NCBI GenBank assembly: GCA_041577295.1
Contig: JBFGJG010000015.1
Coordinates: 1 to 64,000 of the forward strand
From: Gemmatimonadales bacterium
Lineage (GTDB): Bacteria; Gemmatimonadota; Gemmatimonadetes; Gemmatimonadales; GWC2-71-9
Length of the DNA: 64,000 nt
Direction of reading: 5' to 3'
Shown in pieces: positions 22,653 to 31,327 of this stretch (positions are counted from its first letter, which is position 1; every line of letters starts with the position of its first letter). Both the position numbers and the translations under genes were made by a program. A model generated the notes under the pieces. It was given only the letters and a program-made list of their open reading frames with translations, did not search any database and was not told where the DNA came from.

Positions 22653-23451
22653 GGATATCGGACCGGCGAAAGACGCGGCGACTGTTGTCCCAGCGGTACA
22701 GCTCGACGTTGATCGATCGCTCGTCGATCACGATACGGTGAAAAACCGACGGGCGACCACCGCGCATGCGGGCTGACAACGTGCCAGCACAGGAAACGAC
22801 GACGCGACCGTCCAGCAGCTCGGCGCACTCCTGGTGGTCGTGACCGCAGAGGACCAATTCCGCACCTGAGTGAACAATGCGCCGCTGTGCCTGCCGCCAC
22901 CGCGCAAGGCCCATCCGCTGCGACAGCTGGCCCCGGAGCACGTTGTGATGGACGACGAGGATCCGAGCTTGACCGGGACTTGCCTTGCGAAACGCCTGGC
23001 GGGCACGCTCGATTTCACTCTTGGGGAGATGCCCCTTGGTTGCAATGTCCCGCGGGTTCCACGTCAGTGACCCCCACGCAACCCCGTGGGCGGTGTGGAC
23101 CCCAACGATGATTGCCTCGGGCATCTGCAGCACCGGGCCCAGAACGGGGCCAAAGTACTGTTTGTACTTCGTATACTTGCCGCCCGATGCAAACGGAATG
23201 AACGGTCGCCACCACCACTGCACGTCATGGTTGCCGTGGATGGTGAGAACAGGCGCGGTACGCTCCAACTCGCGGACGAACGACCGCCCCGCCTGAAACT
23301 CTCCATGCCGCGCTCGCTGGGTGAAATCGCCGGAGACCACGATGACGTTTGGCTCCAGGTCCGGCACCAGCTCTTCAACAGCGGCGATCTGATCCAGATG
23401 CGCCGCTTTCCCGAAGTGCGGGTCGGACAGATGTATCAGGCTGAAGCTCAT
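22594..23451 (-). CDS. Calcineurin-like metallophosphoesterase (CpdA-like)
   Basis: SDPHFG, SGD, GNHD, HH and GHDH motifs. Confidence 0.92.
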   Translation of the reverse strand: MSFSLIHLSDPHFGKAAHLDQIAAVEELVPDLEPNVIVVSGDFTQRARHGEFQAGRSFVRELERTAPVLTIHGNHDVQWWWRPFIPFASGGKYTKYKQYFGPVLGPVLQMPEAIIVGVHTAHGVAWGSLTWNPRDIATKGHLPKSEIERARQAFRKASPGQARILVVHHNVLRGQLSQRMGLARWRQAQRRIVHSGAELVLCGHDHQECAELLDGRVVVSCAGTLSARMRGGRPSVFHRIVIDERSINVELYRWDNSRRVFRRSDIHAFARSRGTSDAPVATSVS

Positions 23452-23464
23452 CGGTGCTCGGTCA

Positions 23465-23782
23465 TCAACGCAGATATTCGCGTACCACCCGTTTCGTCAC
23501 GAGATAGGTGAGCACGTACCAGGCGACTATACCCATGATCCCCACCATCTTGGCCGTCGGATCGTCTGCCACTCGGAGCCAGACGTACAGGGCCATCGCC
23601 AGCGTGCTCATCGCGGCGACCCACCGCCCCACACGCCCTGCCTTACGATCTAAGGCGCGGTTGCACTCCCGGCAGATCTCTCCGAGCGGAAGCTCCACCT
23701 CGCGATGGCAGCGCGGGCACTCGTGCTCAACGAAGACGCCGAAGGACGGCGTCCGCGAACTGAACCGTCGTAGCATTCCCAC
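23465..23782 (-). CDS. Small membrane protein with zinc ribbon (CxxC...CxxC) and 2 TM helices
   Basis: CPRC...CREC followed by two hydrophobic helices; sits within an operon; start uncertain because it overlaps the upstream gene. Confidence 0.65.
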   Translation of the reverse strand: MGMLRRFSSRTPSFGVFVEHECPRCHREVELPLGEICRECNRALDRKAGRVGRWVAAMSTLAMALYVWLRVADDPTAKMVGIMGIVAWYVLTYLVTKRVVREYLR

Positions 23783-24743
23783 CGAGATCCGGCGTCAGTG
23801 CCTTGCCGTCCCGCAGCGTGTCAGTGAGGCCCCGCCGAATCCGCCCAGCCGCCTCTTGCTCGCCCAGGTGATCGAGCATGAGACATGCCGCCAACAGGAG
23901 GGCGGTCGGATTAGCCACCCCTTTTCCCGCAATGTCGGGTGCGGAGCCGTGCACGGCCTCGAACATGGCTGCCCGGTCTCCTATGTTGGCTCCGGGGGCC
24001 AAACCGAGCCCGCCGACCAGACCGGCAATTTCGTCGCTCAGGATATCTCCGAACATGTTTGTCGTGACGATCACGTCGAACTGCCCCGGGTCGAGCACGA
24101 GCTTCATTGCGCAAGCATCGATAATGACATCATCCACGCCTACCCGGCCGGCATAGTCCAGGGAGATCTCCCTGCCAACCTCGAGGAAGAGCCCACTGAC
24201 GGCCTTCAGAATGTTGGCCTTGTGGCAGATCGTGACCTTTTTGCGCCCGTGCGCAAGCGCGTATTCGAACGCATACCTGATGACGCGCTCGCAGCCCTGT
24301 CGGGTGACAATGGCCATCGCCTGCGCCACCGCTTTAGGGTCACCCCCCACGGGGATGGTGGTCTCAAAGCCCACGTAGAGCCCTTCCGTGTTCTCACGAA
24401 CCAGGACGATGTCCACGTTGTCAAACCGGCCATTGGCGAGGAGCGTCTTGGCAGGGCGCACGTTTGCATAGAGATCAAACTCGCGTCGTAACGCCACGTT
24501 CACGGACCGAAAGCCCGAACCCACCGGCGTCGTGAGTGGCCCCTTGAGGACGAGACCCGTGTGCCGGATACTCTCGACGGTCGCGTCCGGCAACGGCGTC
24601 CCGAGCTCTTCGAGTGCTGCCAACCCTCCCAGCTGCTCGTCCCAGACTATCGAGACACCGGCGCCTTCTAGAATGCGAACGGTGGCGGCCGTGATCTCGG
24701 GACCGATGCCATCGCCTCGGATGAGGGTTGCTCGGTGCGCCAT
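23727..24743 (-). CDS. Isocitrate/isopropylmalate dehydrogenase family (NAD-dependent beta-decarboxylating dehydrogenase)
   Basis: GDGIGPEI, KGPLTTP, RENTEG, HKANI, NMFGDILSD and EAVHGSAPDIAG; TAATG overlap with the upstream gene. Confidence 0.93.
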   Translation of the reverse strand: MAHRATLIRGDGIGPEITAATVRILEGAGVSIVWDEQLGGLAALEELGTPLPDATVESIRHTGLVLKGPLTTPVGSGFRSVNVALRREFDLYANVRPAKTLLANGRFDNVDIVLVRENTEGLYVGFETTIPVGGDPKAVAQAMAIVTRQGCERVIRYAFEYALAHGRKKVTICHKANILKAVSGLFLEVGREISLDYAGRVGVDDVIIDACAMKLVLDPGQFDVIVTTNMFGDILSDEIAGLVGGLGLAPGANIGDRAAMFEAVHGSAPDIAGKGVANPTALLLAACLMLDHLGEQEAAGRIRRGLTDTLRDGKALTPDLGGNATTVQFADAVLRRLR

Positions 24744-25375
24744 TACGGAAGGTCCGGAACGAGGGTCGCAAGGGCATCCCACACCGCGGTCCACGGGTCA
24801 TCTCCCTCGGCCCATGCAGTGGTGCGCCATTCAATGAGCCCGGTTCGGATATCGACGATCGCGAACGTGAGCTCCGCCCGCCCATGCCCCTCCTCACCCG
24901 GGACAAAGACGAGGCTCGCCGGGACCAGGGCGAAACGCTCACCCGCCACCCCCGTCAGCGCCCGCATCTGACTTCGCAACGGGTCCGGCACCCGTTTGCT
25001 ATCGCCTGCACGCAACATCGCCGTCCCCATCTTGTCAGGCTCGGTCAACATCCCGGGCGCCCGGCTCGCGGCGCGGCGCAGCTCCTCGGGCAGTACCCAG
25101 ACTACCTCCGGGGCCCGCTCCGTAAGGAATGCCCCAATGAGGCTGTCGGCCTTAGCAAGCGCATCCGGTCTCTGACCCACCTGCTCGACCCACCCGAGCT
25201 CACGGTCGGTGGCGACGAGTGTCAGCGGATAAACCGTGACCTCTTGGGCCGCCATGCCTGCCGTGGGGAGTGGCGCGGCCAGCGGTGGAACGTCGGAGGC
25301 CGGCTGGGACTTGCCGCCGCAGCCGGCCAAGATCACGGACACGCCGAGCGCCATTCTGCTCAAGCGTTTTTCCAC
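24743..25375 (-). CDS. Hypothetical lipoprotein
   Basis: Lipobox LAGC after a hydrophobic stretch; coupled to both neighbours. Confidence 0.75.
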   Translation of the reverse strand: MEKRLSRMALGVSVILAGCGGKSQPASDVPPLAAPLPTAGMAAQEVTVYPLTLVATDRELGWVEQVGQRPDALAKADSLIGAFLTERAPEVVWVLPEELRRAASRAPGMLTEPDKMGTAMLRAGDSKRVPDPLRSQMRALTGVAGERFALVPASLVFVPGEEGHGRAELTFAIVDIRTGLIEWRTTAWAEGDDPWTAVWDALATLVPDLP

Positions 25376-26127
25376 ACCGGCGCTCGCTTTTCGAGAAAAC
25401 TGTTGATGCCTTCTTGCACGTCCGCGAGTGGCATGAGCTCCCGCAGGTAAAGGTTCTCCACTTTGTAGAGGGCCTCTTCGTACGTGGAATAATAGGATTC
25501 CGTTTGTGCGCGCTTGGCGAGCTGCAACACCGGACCCGACTTGTTCGTGAGGTGCCCCACGAAATCCGCGAGGCCTTTCTCGAACTGGTCCCTCGCAAAC
25601 ACCTTGTTCACCAGACCTTGTTGCTGGAGCTCTCGAACCGGAATCTCCTCACCCATGAGGATCCACTCCATTGCCTTGCGGCGCGGCCCGGCCCGCGGGA
25701 GCACCACGCAAGCCAGGGCGGGAAAGGTCCCGACGGAGATCTCCGGTAGGGCAAACCGCGCCGATTCGGAGGCGACGATCAGATTGCATCCGATCGCGAG
25801 CTGAAACCCGCCACCGTACGCAATCCCGTCGACGGCCGCGACGGCAATGAGGTCCAACAACCGAATTGACTCGAAGATGCGATGAAAGACCTGAAGCAGC
25901 CGAGCGACCTTGTCGCGGCTGTGATCAGCGATATCGAGACCCGAGCTGAACGCCTTTCCCGCCCCACGCAGGACCAGGACCTTGAGCTCCTTTCGAGCCC
26001 GAAGCTCGAGAAGCGCCACGTTGACCTGCTCCATCATCTCTATGTTGAGCAGGTTGAGCGGTGGACGATTCAGGATCAGTGTCGCGACACCGCCTTCATA
26101 CGTCACTTCCACGTATTTATGGGGCAA
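25360..26127 (-). CDS. Enoyl-CoA hydratase/isomerase (crotonase), Dch-like
   Basis: LNRPPLN, AFSSGLD, GGGFQLA, FALPEI and EGINSFLEKR; AAGGAG RBS before TTG. Confidence 0.9.
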   Translation of the reverse strand: MPHKYVEVTYEGGVATLILNRPPLNLLNIEMMEQVNVALLELRARKELKVLVLRGAGKAFSSGLDIADHSRDKVARLLQVFHRIFESIRLLDLIAVAAVDGIAYGGGFQLAIGCNLIVASESARFALPEISVGTFPALACVVLPRAGPRRKAMEWILMGEEIPVRELQQQGLVNKVFARDQFEKGLADFVGHLTNKSGPVLQLAKRAQTESYYSTYEEALYKVENLYLRELMPLADVQEGINSFLEKRAPVWKNA

Positions 26128-26222
26128 ACCGGCTCCTTATGAGCGCGCGACGTATGGGATCGTGAGTGAGTTGCCCGTGGAAGGTACCCGGCCGTCCCTT
26201 GGGCTCAAGACCGCGCCGGGGC

Positions 26223-27137
26223 CTACTCCAGGGTGAGTCCGCCGTCCACTAAAATAACCTGCCCCGTGATATGACGGGCGCTCTCGGAACAGAGGAAAAG
26301 GACCACCCCGGCGATATCCTCTGGTTCGGCGATCCGCCCCAGCACTGAGCCCTTTTCGGCATCGTCCAGCACCTGCCGTGGGAGCTTATCGATCAGCTCC
26401 GTGCGGACGAAGCCCGGCGCGACGGCGTTGACGTTCACGTTGTAGGGTCCCAACTCCACCGCCGCGGACTTCGTGAGCCCCACCAAGGCTGCCTTGCTTG
26501 CGGCATAGTTGGATACGCCAAAGCCCGGTCGGTACGCCTGGTGCGAGGCGATGCCGACGACTTTGCCAAAGTGCTGTTCGCGAAAGAGCGGCGCGACGGC
26601 CTGCATACAGTTGAAGGCGCCCGTGATGTTCGTGTCGAGCACAGAACGCCAGGCGTCCTCCGACAAACGCCAAAGCGCGCCATCGCGAGACACGCCGGCG
26701 TTGTTCACGAGATAGTGTACGCCACCCAACTCGGCCCGCGCGCGGCGAATGAACTGCTGCACCGCGTCCCGGTGTCGGACGTCGCAGCGTTCGCTGTACA
26801 CTTCGACTCCCTGCGCCCGCAGGGCCGTCTCGGTGAGAAGAGCCTGCGCGGCGATGTCCCGATCCGGTAGGTCTATGTAATTGAATGCGACGTTGACACC
26901 GTGGCGGGCGAACTCGAGCGCAATTGCGCGACCCAGACCCGACGCGCCACCTGTGACGACGACCGTGTTGTTCCGCATCTCGCGCCGGCGTTGCGCTTTC
27001 GGCTGCGGACGCTCGGCGATGCTCGATCCAGAACGCTCGGTAGGGCCACTGAACTGCGCGGGGATCGGATCGTAGGGAATGGCACTACCACCACTGTGAT
27101 GAGCCTCGAACGTACGGTGCTCTCGGGCTTCGGGCAA
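26223..27137 (-). CDS. Short-chain dehydrogenase/reductase (FabG-like)
   Basis: TGGASGLG, NNAG, YAASK and VAPGF; alternative start at 26978. Confidence 0.92.
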   Translation of the reverse strand: MPEAREHRTFEAHHSGGSAIPYDPIPAQFSGPTERSGSSIAERPQPKAQRRREMRNNTVVVTGGASGLGRAIALEFARHGVNVAFNYIDLPDRDIAAQALLTETALRAQGVEVYSERCDVRHRDAVQQFIRRARAELGGVHYLVNNAGVSRDGALWRLSEDAWRSVLDTNITGAFNCMQAVAPLFREQHFGKVVGIASHQAYRPGFGVSNYAASKAALVGLTKSAAVELGPYNVNVNAVAPGFVRTELIDKLPRQVLDDAEKGSVLGRIAEPEDIAGVVLFLCSESARHITGQVILVDGGLTLE

Positions 27138-27152
27138 TAGAGGCTGGAAGGC

Positions 27153-27180
27153 AGTGAGGAGTAAGGAGTGAGCAGGGTGA
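27153..27180. repeat. Degenerate 7-nt tandem repeat (AGTGAGG-like x4)
   Basis: AGTGAGG AGTAAGG AGTGAGC AGGGTGA in the cstA-SDR intergenic gap. Confidence 0.5.
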
Positions 27181-27212
27181 CGAAGGGAGTAGGGCCTCCC
27201 CTGCCTCTCCTG

Positions 27213-28985
27213 CTACGCCGCCGCATCCTCAGCGGCGGACCGCTGTCGCCGACTCGATAACGCGCGGCGGAACGCCGCCGCTGCTTCCAGAATCAGCCAT
27301 AACTCCAGCACGAAAACGGCGGCAGCCACGACGAAGAGCACGGTCTGACTCTGCGTGATATACCGCACGAGATTCAGCACCATGGCCCACGTGGTCATCA
27401 CCAACAGGAACACCATCGGAATGGCCGTGACCCAGACGGAGCGACGCAACGCCAGAAGGAACAACGTGATTACCAGGAGGCTCAGCGCACCGGTGAGCTG
27501 ATTGGTGGTTCCGAACAACGGCCAGAGCCGCATGCCACCCGCTCCGCGGTCGATGCCGAGCGCGAGCAATCCACAAGTAACGACAGCGATCAGCGTTGCC
27601 ACCCACCGGTTTTGCACGAGCCGCATGCGGTATTCCGCCCCCAATTCCGCGATGATGTATCGCTGGAGACGGACTCCGGTGTCCATAGTCGTAGCGGCAA
27701 AGGTAATCACGACCACTGCGGCGAAGATTGTTGCCACGGCGTGTGGAATCCCGATCCCTTCCGCCAGCACACCTACCCCGTTCACGAACGCGGTGGTTGC
27801 TCCTGCCGATGCGCTCGCCCACGTGGCGTAGTGTTCATGCCACCCATCGATCCCCACGAACAGCGCGAAGCCGGCTGTGGTCGCTATGATCGACGTGAGT
27901 GCGAGGGTGCCCTCACCAACCGCTCCGCCATAGCCGACATACCGCGCATCGGTCTCCTTGTTCAACTGCTTCGAGGAGGTTCCGGATGCCACGAGCCCGT
28001 GAAATCCGCTGATGGCACCACACGCGATCGTGATGAATAACAGCGGGAACCAGCTCGGGGCGTCGGCAGGAAGGTCGCGGTTAACAGCGGGTGCGATGAT
28101 CGTCGGGTTAGTGACGATGACGCCCAAAAAGATGATGCCAAGCGCCACGAACAGTTGATGGCTGTTGACGTAGTCGCGTGGTTGGAGGAGGAGCCACACC
28201 GGAAGGACGCTCGCAAAGAACGCATAGATGAAGAGGACGATGACCCACCCGGCGCGGATACCGTCAACACGTGCCGCCTCCGCCGCAACGGTGGTGTCCC
28301 CACCAGCCGCGGTGAGCTGGGCGGTGCTGGGAGCGAAACCGATCAGGTCCGGGAGCTCAAGGGGCACGTATTGGCCGAGCCAGATCATGACATACAGAAT
28401 GGCCAGGGCGCCGAGGGACGGCCCCAGGATGCCGACCTTGGTTCGATAGATGAGCAAGCCCACGACCAGCGCGACCGCCAAGCTCCCCCACACGGGCATC
28501 ACGGCACCGGGATTGGCGATGAACAGGTTGGCGATGACGACCGCAAACACCGCGTTCACCAACAACAACAGAAAGAAGATGATGAGTAGAAACAGCACGC
28601 GTGCCCGACTGCCGACGATCGACTGGGTGAGGGTCCCGATCGAGTTGGCCTTGTGTCGAGTCGAGATCCACAGCGTTCCGAAGTCGTGGACCGCCCCAGC
28701 GAAGATGGTGCCGAGCATCACCCAGAGAAACGCCGGTAGCCACCCCCAAATGACGGCGATGGCGGGCCCGACGATGGGCGCCGCCCCTGCCACCGATGTG
28801 AAGTGATGCCCGAACAGCACGTGCTTGTTCGTGGGGACGAAGTCGACACCGTCCTCGAACTCGTGTGCCGGCGTCCGGAAGTTGGGATCGAGCCGATAGA
28901 TCCGCGTTGCGATGTACCGCGAGTACAGCTGGTAACCGGTGAGAAACGCTGTCAGCCCGATGAACAACAGGGCGATCGAACTCAC
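27213..28985 (-). CDS. cstA: Carbon starvation protein A family transporter
   Basis: TPAH..DG.DFVPT, GHHFTSVAGAAPIVGP, LPVWLLLQPRDY, IACGAISGFH and LWPLFGTTNQL. Confidence 0.96.
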   Translation of the reverse strand: MSSIALLFIGLTAFLTGYQLYSRYIATRIYRLDPNFRTPAHEFEDGVDFVPTNKHVLFGHHFTSVAGAAPIVGPAIAVIWGWLPAFLWVMLGTIFAGAVHDFGTLWISTRHKANSIGTLTQSIVGSRARVLFLLIIFFLLLLVNAVFAVVIANLFIANPGAVMPVWGSLAVALVVGLLIYRTKVGILGPSLGALAILYVMIWLGQYVPLELPDLIGFAPSTAQLTAAGGDTTVAAEAARVDGIRAGWVIVLFIYAFFASVLPVWLLLQPRDYVNSHQLFVALGIIFLGVIVTNPTIIAPAVNRDLPADAPSWFPLLFITIACGAISGFHGLVASGTSSKQLNKETDARYVGYGGAVGEGTLALTSIIATTAGFALFVGIDGWHEHYATWASASAGATTAFVNGVGVLAEGIGIPHAVATIFAAVVVITFAATTMDTGVRLQRYIIAELGAEYRMRLVQNRWVATLIAVVTCGLLALGIDRGAGGMRLWPLFGTTNQLTGALSLLVITLFLLALRRSVWVTAIPMVFLLVMTTWAMVLNLVRYITQSQTVLFVVAAAVFVLELWLILEAAAAFRRALSSRRQRSAAEDAAA

Positions 28986-29066
28986 TGCACCCTCCGCGCC
29001 GCGACAGAAGTGCTACAATGTACTACACCAGCGAATGAGGATTAAGGGAGTCCAGCCAGTGTCGGA

Positions 29067-29984
29067 ATGCCCGAGCTACCCGATGTAGAAGTCTATCTCG
29101 CATGTCTCGAGCCGAGGATTCTCGACCGTCGTCTCGAGGGCATACGGCTGACGAATCCGTTTCTCCTTCGATCGGTCGCGCCTGCGATTTCGATGGCCGA
29201 GAGTCGTACGGTTCGCGAGCTACGCCGAATTGGGAAACGGATCGTCATGGGACTCGATGATGAGTTGTTTTTGGTCCTGCACCTCATGATCGCGGGTCGC
29301 CTGCGGTGGCGCGATCCGGGAGCACCGATTCCAAAACGGATTGGTCTCGCGGGATTCGATTTTGCAAACGGCACGCTCGTGCTCACCGAGGCCGGAACGA
29401 AGAAACGCTCCTCGCTGTACCTCGTACAAGGCCAGGACGCCCTCCGTGCGCACGATCCCGGCGGGCTCGAAGTACTCCAGGCATCGCCGAGTGCGTTTCG
29501 TGCAGCGATCACGCGGCAGAACCACACGTTGAAGCGCACGCTCACCGACCCACGCATCTTGAGCGGTATCGGAAACGCGTATTCCGATGAGGTCCTGCAT
29601 GCTGCCAAGCTCTCGCCCGTGATGCTGAGCCAAGCACTGTCGGAGGATGAGATTGCCCGTCTCCACACGGCGATCTGTGAGACATTGCGCGCGTGGACAT
29701 CCCGCCTCCGTGCCGAGGTGGGCGATGGTTTTCCCGAGAAAGTGACTGCGTTTCGGGACGGAATGGCGGTCCACGGCCGGTACCGACATCCATGTCCCGA
29801 GTGCGGGTCGCCGGTCCAACGCATTGTCTACGCCAGCAACGAGGCCAACTACTGTGCTCAGTGTCAGACAGGTGGTAAGATCTTGGCAGATCGGGCCCTC
29901 TCGCGCCTGTTGGGAAAGGACTGGCCGAGAACCCTCGACCAATGGGAACAGAAAGTGGGCGGCGGGGGTCGCGCCGCCGGGTAG
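29067..29984 (+). CDS. Fpg/Nei family DNA glycosylase/AP lyase
   Basis: N-terminal PELPDV, R.GK, HLM..G, H2TH GIGNAYSDE and zinc finger CPEC..CAQC. Confidence 0.93.
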   Translation: MPELPDVEVYLACLEPRILDRRLEGIRLTNPFLLRSVAPAISMAESRTVRELRRIGKRIVMGLDDELFLVLHLMIAGRLRWRDPGAPIPKRIGLAGFDFANGTLVLTEAGTKKRSSLYLVQGQDALRAHDPGGLEVLQASPSAFRAAITRQNHTLKRTLTDPRILSGIGNAYSDEVLHAAKLSPVMLSQALSEDEIARLHTAICETLRAWTSRLRAEVGDGFPEKVTAFRDGMAVHGRYRHPCPECGSPVQRIVYASNEANYCAQCQTGGKILADRALSRLLGKDWPRTLDQWEQKVGGGGRAAG

Positions 29985-30004
29985 TTGCGGCTCGCGAGGC
30001 GCTC

Positions 30005-31021
30005 CTAGTGACCGGCGGCCAGCTCCTCTGGGGGTAGGTGGGCGAGGATTTCCATCAGCCCCTCCACACCAACCACATCCCGTTCGAGTAAAGGAATGCG
30101 CAACACCCGATAATCGGCGAACTTCTGACCAACCTGATCCAGCGTCTCCTGCGCACTTGCTCGACGGCGCGATACGAACTCGCCTTCCGCATCGAGCGGT
30201 AGCAGTTGATTGACCACGATAGCTCCGATGGGAATCCCGTTTCGTTCGAGCACGCCCACGGCCTTCTTCGTCTCGGCGAGTGGCAGGCGCTCGGCCACCA
30301 ATACGAAGACGAACGACGCCCGTCGGCGATCCGTCATGAGGACCCTGGCTCGTGCGAAACGCTTCTTTCGCTCCTCCAGCGCGTCCAACACGCTGTCAGT
30401 TGTACCGTCGGCCGCATCGGAACCTTGCGATACCGTCCGCCACATGCGACTCAAGACATTGAGCTTGCGTCGCCGGGCGATGAGCCCGTCAATCCACAGC
30501 GTCATCAGCTCCGGCAGGGACAGCAGCCTCAGCGTCTGCCCGGTAGGTGCGGTATCGAAATAGACCCGGTCGTAACGCGAGCCGAGCTGGTCCATGATCC
30601 GCGTGAAGCGATCGAAGACCGCAGCCTCCTCCGCACCTGGAGACACGCGTGCGATATCGATCTGCCGGCGGACCTCGTCAGCGAGTCGTGGAGCGGTCAC
30701 ATGTGCAATGCGCTCTTTCACATCCGCGATGTAGCGATCGGCCTCTCGTGCGGCATCGATCTCGAGCGCCCACAGGTGATCGGTGACGGCGGTCGGCTCG
30801 GGACCGATCGTCACTTGGAATAAATCGGACGTCGAGTGTGCCGCATCGGTGGACACGAGCAATGTGCGGAGCTCTTGCCGCGCAGCCGCGAGAGCGAATG
30901 CCGCTGCGATCGTAGTCTTTCCAACGCCACCTTTGCCCCCGAAGAAGAGGATCTCGCGATCGAGCAGTCTCGCGCTCAAGCCGGGTGGGTCAGCAGCATC
31001 GAAAACCGCCTTCTGGAGCAT
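30005..31021 (-). CDS. ArsA/GET3-family ATPase (single domain, cysteine-free)
   Basis: GKGGVGKTT, STDAAHS and DTAPTG; alternative start TTG 30979. Confidence 0.92.
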   Translation of the reverse strand: MLQKAVFDAADPPGLSARLLDREILFFGGKGGVGKTTIAAAFALAAARQELRTLLVSTDAAHSTSDLFQVTIGPEPTAVTDHLWALEIDAAREADRYIADVKERIAHVTAPRLADEVRRQIDIARVSPGAEEAAVFDRFTRIMDQLGSRYDRVYFDTAPTGQTLRLLSLPELMTLWIDGLIARRRKLNVLSRMWRTVSQGSDAADGTTDSVLDALEERKKRFARARVLMTDRRRASFVFVLVAERLPLAETKKAVGVLERNGIPIGAIVVNQLLPLDAEGEFVSRRRASAQETLDQVGQKFADYRVLRIPLLERDVVGVEGLMEILAHLPPEELAAGH

Positions 31022-31289
31022 GCGGCATTCCCAGGCGCAGATGCCACTGATGAAATTGGTCGATCAGGTAGGGGTAGAGCTCGAGGGTGTAGAACTGGAC
31101 GGGATTGGGCACGCCAAGCAGATCCGAGAAGCCCAGCAGGAGAAACAGATCACGCTGCTCGAGGTAGTCCCGCTGTAAGATTCTCTTATACGGGGTGATG
31201 TAGAGCCCTTCGTAGATCTCACGCGCGGCGCGCAGCCGCCGTTGCAGCGCGGCGATCCACCAAGGCGTACGATGGGTATCGTCAGTCAT
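30990..31289 (-). CDS. Small protein ending in Cys-Cys-stop ('cory-CC-star'-type CstA/ArsA partner)
   Basis: DLFLLL.FS..LGVPNP..FYTLEL.PY...FH.WH..LG...GFRCC*; GGAG RBS before ATG 31289; overlaps the ArsA-like gene. Confidence 0.8.
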   Translation of the reverse strand: MTDDTHRTPWWIAALQRRLRAAREIYEGLYITPYKRILQRDYLEQRDLFLLLGFSDLLGVPNPVQFYTLELYPYLIDQFHQWHLRLGMPHAPEGGFRCC

Positions 31290-31327
31290 CGACCGCTCCG
31301 ACACACTCGACCGGCTGGGGGTTGACG

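Noticed and set aside
30985..31000. Possible selenocysteine read-through of the TGA after Cys-Cys
   Set aside because: No recognisable SECIS, and the read-through frame is out-of-frame ArsA sequence with no protein-like character.
30005..31021. Arsenic resistance operon
   Set aside because: No arsR/B/C/D or acr3 is nearby, and the ATPase is single-domain and lacks cysteines.
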